Assembly (NCBI RefSeq): GCF_000018105.1
Contig: NC_009925.1
Location: 5,125,015-5,149,014, forward strand
Reading direction: 5' to 3'
DNA length: 24,000 nucleotides
From: Acaryochloris marina MBIC11017
GTDB taxonomy: Bacteria; Cyanobacteriota; Cyanobacteriia; Thermosynechococcales; Thermosynechococcaceae
Numbering within the stretch: position 1 is the stretch's first letter; each line of letters starts with the position of its first letter. Made by a program: the position numbers and the translations under genes. This document shows positions 21,596 to 24,000 of this stretch, one piece after another. The notes below the pieces were generated by a model, which saw nothing but the letters and a program-made list of their open reading frames with translations, did no database searches and was not told the DNA's origin.

Positions 21596-22189
21596 ATGCC
21601 AAAAATGATGCAGATTGATCCTGCCGAGATCATTGCGGGGTACCGTCAAGGCTATTTTCTGATGGATAACGGTGATGGGTTGGGATGGTATTCCAGTCAG
21701 ACCCGAACGATTATGCCTTTGGATGAACGGTTTCGCTACCCAAAATCCCTCCGTCGGAGTCTGAACCAAAACCGATTTACCTCAGCCATCAATCGCGATT
21801 TTTTTGGGGTGGTTGAAGGCTGTGCCAATCGTGACTCGACCTGGATTTCTGATGAACTGAAGATGATCTATTTGCTTTTGTATAAGGCCGGGTGGGCATT
21901 TAGCTTTGAAACTTGGCAAGATGATCAGCTGGCAGGCGGCATCCTCGGATTAGTGATTGGTGGGGTATTTATTGGTGAATCGATGTTTTTCCACATCTCT
22001 GAAGGGTCTAAAGCTGCAATGGTGATGTTGGTCGATCATTTGAGATCGCAACAATTTACCTTGTTCGATGTTCAGATTATCAATCCCCATTTGGAGCGAT
22101 TTGGGGCTTACACTATTTCTGAGCAAGAGTATCAGCAGCAGCTTCAAGCCGCGATTCAGCTGCGGCGGGCTTTTAAGACTGGTTCCTAG
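21596..22189 (+). CDS. aat: leucyl/phenylalanyl-tRNA--protein transferase
   Basis: 197-aa ORF with L/F-transferase motifs: AGYRQGYFLM near the N-terminus, GCANRDSTWI, GGVFIGESMFFHISEGSKAA, and FTLFDVQIINPHLERFGA. Confidence 0.85.
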   Translation: MPKMMQIDPAEIIAGYRQGYFLMDNGDGLGWYSSQTRTIMPLDERFRYPKSLRRSLNQNRFTSAINRDFFGVVEGCANRDSTWISDELKMIYLLLYKAGWAFSFETWQDDQLAGGILGLVIGGVFIGESMFFHISEGSKAAMVMLVDHLRSQQFTLFDVQIINPHLERFGAYTISEQEYQQQLQAAIQLRRAFKTGS

Positions 22190-22244
22190 AAGACAGCAAT
22201 CTTAAATGTGGGGTTTTGTCCTGAATAACACCCAAACTTAGGTG

Positions 22245-23390
22245 TATACTGCGGACGACTTGTGACTTAACATTGTGGTAGAGAGATTTGGCACACTGGG
22301 AGTATCCCCGCACCTATCCTCCACTCCCATGATTAAAATTGATTTCACCGCAGAGGAAATCCAACAACTCAATTACGAACGCTATCATCACCCTCACCCA
22401 CGGGTGCAGCGACGGATGGAAGTGCTCTACTTGAAGAGTCAAGGTCTTTCCCATACCCAGATCTGCCAGCTTTGTCAGATTAGTCGCCCCACTTTAGCCA
22501 AAACTCTTCGTCAGTATCAACAAGGAGGGATTGAAGGGCTGAAGACCCTTGAATATAAAGGTCAACCGAGTCTACTCAACGCTCATAGCGATAGTGTGAG
22601 AGCTTACTTTGAGCAACATCCTCCCCGCACCAGTGCAGAAGCTCAAGCGGTCATTGAGCAATTAACAGGCATCAAACGCAGTCCCACCCAAATCAAAGCC
22701 TTCCTCAAACGCATCGGTTGTCGTTATCGAAAAGTGGGGTATGTGCCGGGAAAGTCGAGTCTGCCCGAGAAAATTGAGGAGCAAGAGCAGTTTCGACACA
22801 CTCGCCTTGAACCCTTATTAGAGGAAGCTCAACGCCAAGAGCGTCTTGTCTTTTTTGTGGATGCTGCTCACTTTGTTCACCGTGCTTATCTAGGGTTTGT
22901 CTGGTGCATCACTCGGATCTTCATCCCTTCTCCTTCTGGTCGCCAACGTTTCAATGTCCTGGGCGCGCTCGACGCTATCACCAAAGACCTAGTCAGCGTT
23001 ACCAACCACACCTATATCAATTCTCACAGTATGTGCCTGTTACTGGCCAAGCTGGCGCTACTTGACCCAGTCATACCCATCAGCGTGATTTTAGACAATG
23101 CGCGATACCAGAAATGTCAGCTTGTAACGGACTTTGCCGAGATCGTCGATATTGAGCTGGTCTATCTGCCCTCCTATTCACCCCATTTGAATTTGATTGA
23201 GCGACTCTGGCGTTTTGTACGCAAGGAATGTCTCTATTCAAAGTATTATGCTGATTTTCCCGCCTTCAAAGGGGCCATTCAACAGTGCATCGACCAGTGT
23301 AATGGAGAGCATAAGGCGAAACTCACCACCTTACTATCACTCAAGTTTCAGTCTTTTAAGAAAGTTAATATCTTAGCCGCCTAGAGTATA
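22245..23390 (+). mobile_element. IS630-family insertion sequence (~1.15 kb), apparently intact
   Basis: Single transposase ORF. Candidate imperfect terminal inverted repeats are TATACT..GCGG...TTAAC on the left (from 22245) and its reverse complement on the right (to 23390). Both ends sit in TATA, consistent with TA target duplication. The transposase stop (23382-23384) lies inside the right end. Boundaries are approximate, within a few bp. Confidence 0.65.
22329..23384 (+). CDS. IS630-family DDE transposase
   Basis: N-terminal HTH (LSHTQICQLCQISRPTLAKTL). The catalytic-region motifs are FFVDAAHF, ILDNARYQK and YSPHLNLIERLW. The track starts at GTG 22275; ATG 22329 (MIKIDFTAEE...) is preferred. 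Confidence 0.85.
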   Translation: MIKIDFTAEEIQQLNYERYHHPHPRVQRRMEVLYLKSQGLSHTQICQLCQISRPTLAKTLRQYQQGGIEGLKTLEYKGQPSLLNAHSDSVRAYFEQHPPRTSAEAQAVIEQLTGIKRSPTQIKAFLKRIGCRYRKVGYVPGKSSLPEKIEEQEQFRHTRLEPLLEEAQRQERLVFFVDAAHFVHRAYLGFVWCITRIFIPSPSGRQRFNVLGALDAITKDLVSVTNHTYINSHSMCLLLAKLALLDPVIPISVILDNARYQKCQLVTDFAEIVDIELVYLPSYSPHLNLIERLWRFVRKECLYSKYYADFPAFKGAIQQCIDQCNGEHKAKLTTLLSLKFQSFKKVNILAA

Positions 23391-23513
23391 GTTTTCACAA
23401 TATTGCAGGAACCCCCTGCATCACCTTTCGTCAAAACGGGAATGGGATTTTATTGACATGGGGAATACACAGTTCAACCTGTTCAATCCAATCCTAAAAA
23501 AGGTGTTAGAAAC

Positions 23514-24000
23514 ATGTTTAGTGCTCCTCAGCATGCAGTGGCTGTCGCTTGTCTAACTTCAGTGATCGCCGTTGCCCCTGTTCCTATGCGCTCTGCCTTT
23601 GCTCAGTCCCAATTTACGGACGTCAGTAGCAATTGGGCTCAACCTTTCATTGATACCCTTGCTCAAAAAAATATAATTAGTGGTTTTCCCGATGGCTCCT
23701 TCCGACCTGACCAACCCGTGACTCGGGCTCAGTTTGCTGCCATTGTCCGCCAAGCTTTTAAGTCTCCAGCTACTCGCCTTTCACGCCCTTTTAAGGATGT
23801 AAGCTATGCTTACTGGGCTTCTCCAGCCATTGACTATGCTTACACCACAGGGTTCTTGTCGGGCTATACCAACGGATCCTTCCAGCCAGATCAAGAGATC
23901 CCTAAGGTACAAGCGTTGGTGGCCATTGCCAGTGGATTAAAGATTCAACCTGTGGGGTCTGTGGATAGCACCTTGCTCCGCTTCTACGATGCAGCTCAAA
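23514..24000 (+). CDS. SLH (S-layer homology) domain protein, 5' part only (runs off the window)
   Basis: Hand translation from ATG 23514 gives MFSAPQHAVAVACLTSVIAVAPVPMRSAFAQSQ, which looks like a signal peptide. Two SLH repeats follow: FTDVSSNWAQPFIDTLAQKNIISGFPDGSFRPDQPVTRAQFAAIV and FKDVSYAYWASPAIDYAYTTGFLSGYTNGSFQPDQEIPKVQALVAIA. The frame is open to the window end. It is not in the ORF track because no stop is reached. Confidence 0.8.
   Translation, partial: MFSAPQHAVAVACLTSVIAVAPVPMRSAFAQSQFTDVSSNWAQPFIDTLAQKNIISGFPDGSFRPDQPVTRAQFAAIVRQAFKSPATRLSRPFKDVSYAYWASPAIDYAYTTGFLSGYTNGSFQPDQEIPKVQALVAIASGLKIQPVGSVDSTLLRFYDAAQ

Noticed and set aside
21557-22147. Minus-strand ORFs 21557..21769 and 21950..22147.
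   Set aside because: Both lie antisense to the well-supported aat gene and have no motifs.
20565-22244. The idea that the tRNA marks an integrated genomic island (tRNA, small ORFs, IS).
   Set aside because: I found no downstream direct repeat of the tRNA 3' end (GTTCAAATCTCGCCTGAGCC) and no integrase gene. aat is a housekeeping gene. The evidence is limited to the IS element and the lack of HIP1 sites.
23559-23753. 64-aa minus-strand track ORF.
   Set aside because: It is antisense to the plus-strand SLH-domain reading frame, which has a signal peptide and two clear SLH repeats.
1-24000. CRISPR arrays, rRNA genes, toxin-antitoxin pairs and known defence-system signatures.
   Set aside because: I saw no direct-repeat/spacer periodicity, no rRNA-like sequence, no small coupled ORF pairs with TA-like motifs, and no nuclease, helicase or ATPase defence hallmarks in any credible ORF.

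Overview
All family assignments here come from motif recognition by eye; no database search was possible. The window looks like cyanobacterial chromosome: 8 perfect HIP1 octamers (GCGATCGC), PatA-type regulators and an SLH-domain envelope protein. Gene order, left to right:
- a hypothetical ORF;
- a translationally coupled YfcH/SDR39U1-like epimerase and a GT4-like glycosyltransferase;
- a six-gene minus-strand Tax/Pix/Hmp-type chemosensory cluster: two tandem PATAN-REC paralogs, a fused double CheW with an acidic linker, a PilJ-type MCP, a CheA-REC hybrid and a CheB-like receiver-only protein;
- a ~590-bp AT-rich divergent control region;
- a plus-strand operon of arsM, arsS and two translationally coupled TVP38/DedA-superfamily membrane proteins;
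- a convergent MAPEG protein;
- a PAS-GAF-GGDEF-EAL protein;
- a UPF0104 flippase-like membrane protein and a cysteine-synthase-family enzyme;
- a tRNA(CAT) with three non-Watson-Crick stem pairs;
- a 48-aa DUF2256 zinc-ribbon ORF that is below the ORF-track size cutoff;
- a hypothetical ORF, then aat;
- an apparently intact IS630-family element;
- the 5' part of an SLH-domain protein that runs off the window and is absent from the ORF track.
The best candidate for undescribed biology is the extension of the arsenosugar genes arsM-arsS by a coupled TVP38 pair, with a possible ArsR/SmtB-type operator upstream and a glutathione-family MAPEG gene abutting it. The second is the non-canonical architecture of the chemosensory cluster. 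No CRISPR array, rRNA or recognisable defence system was seen.
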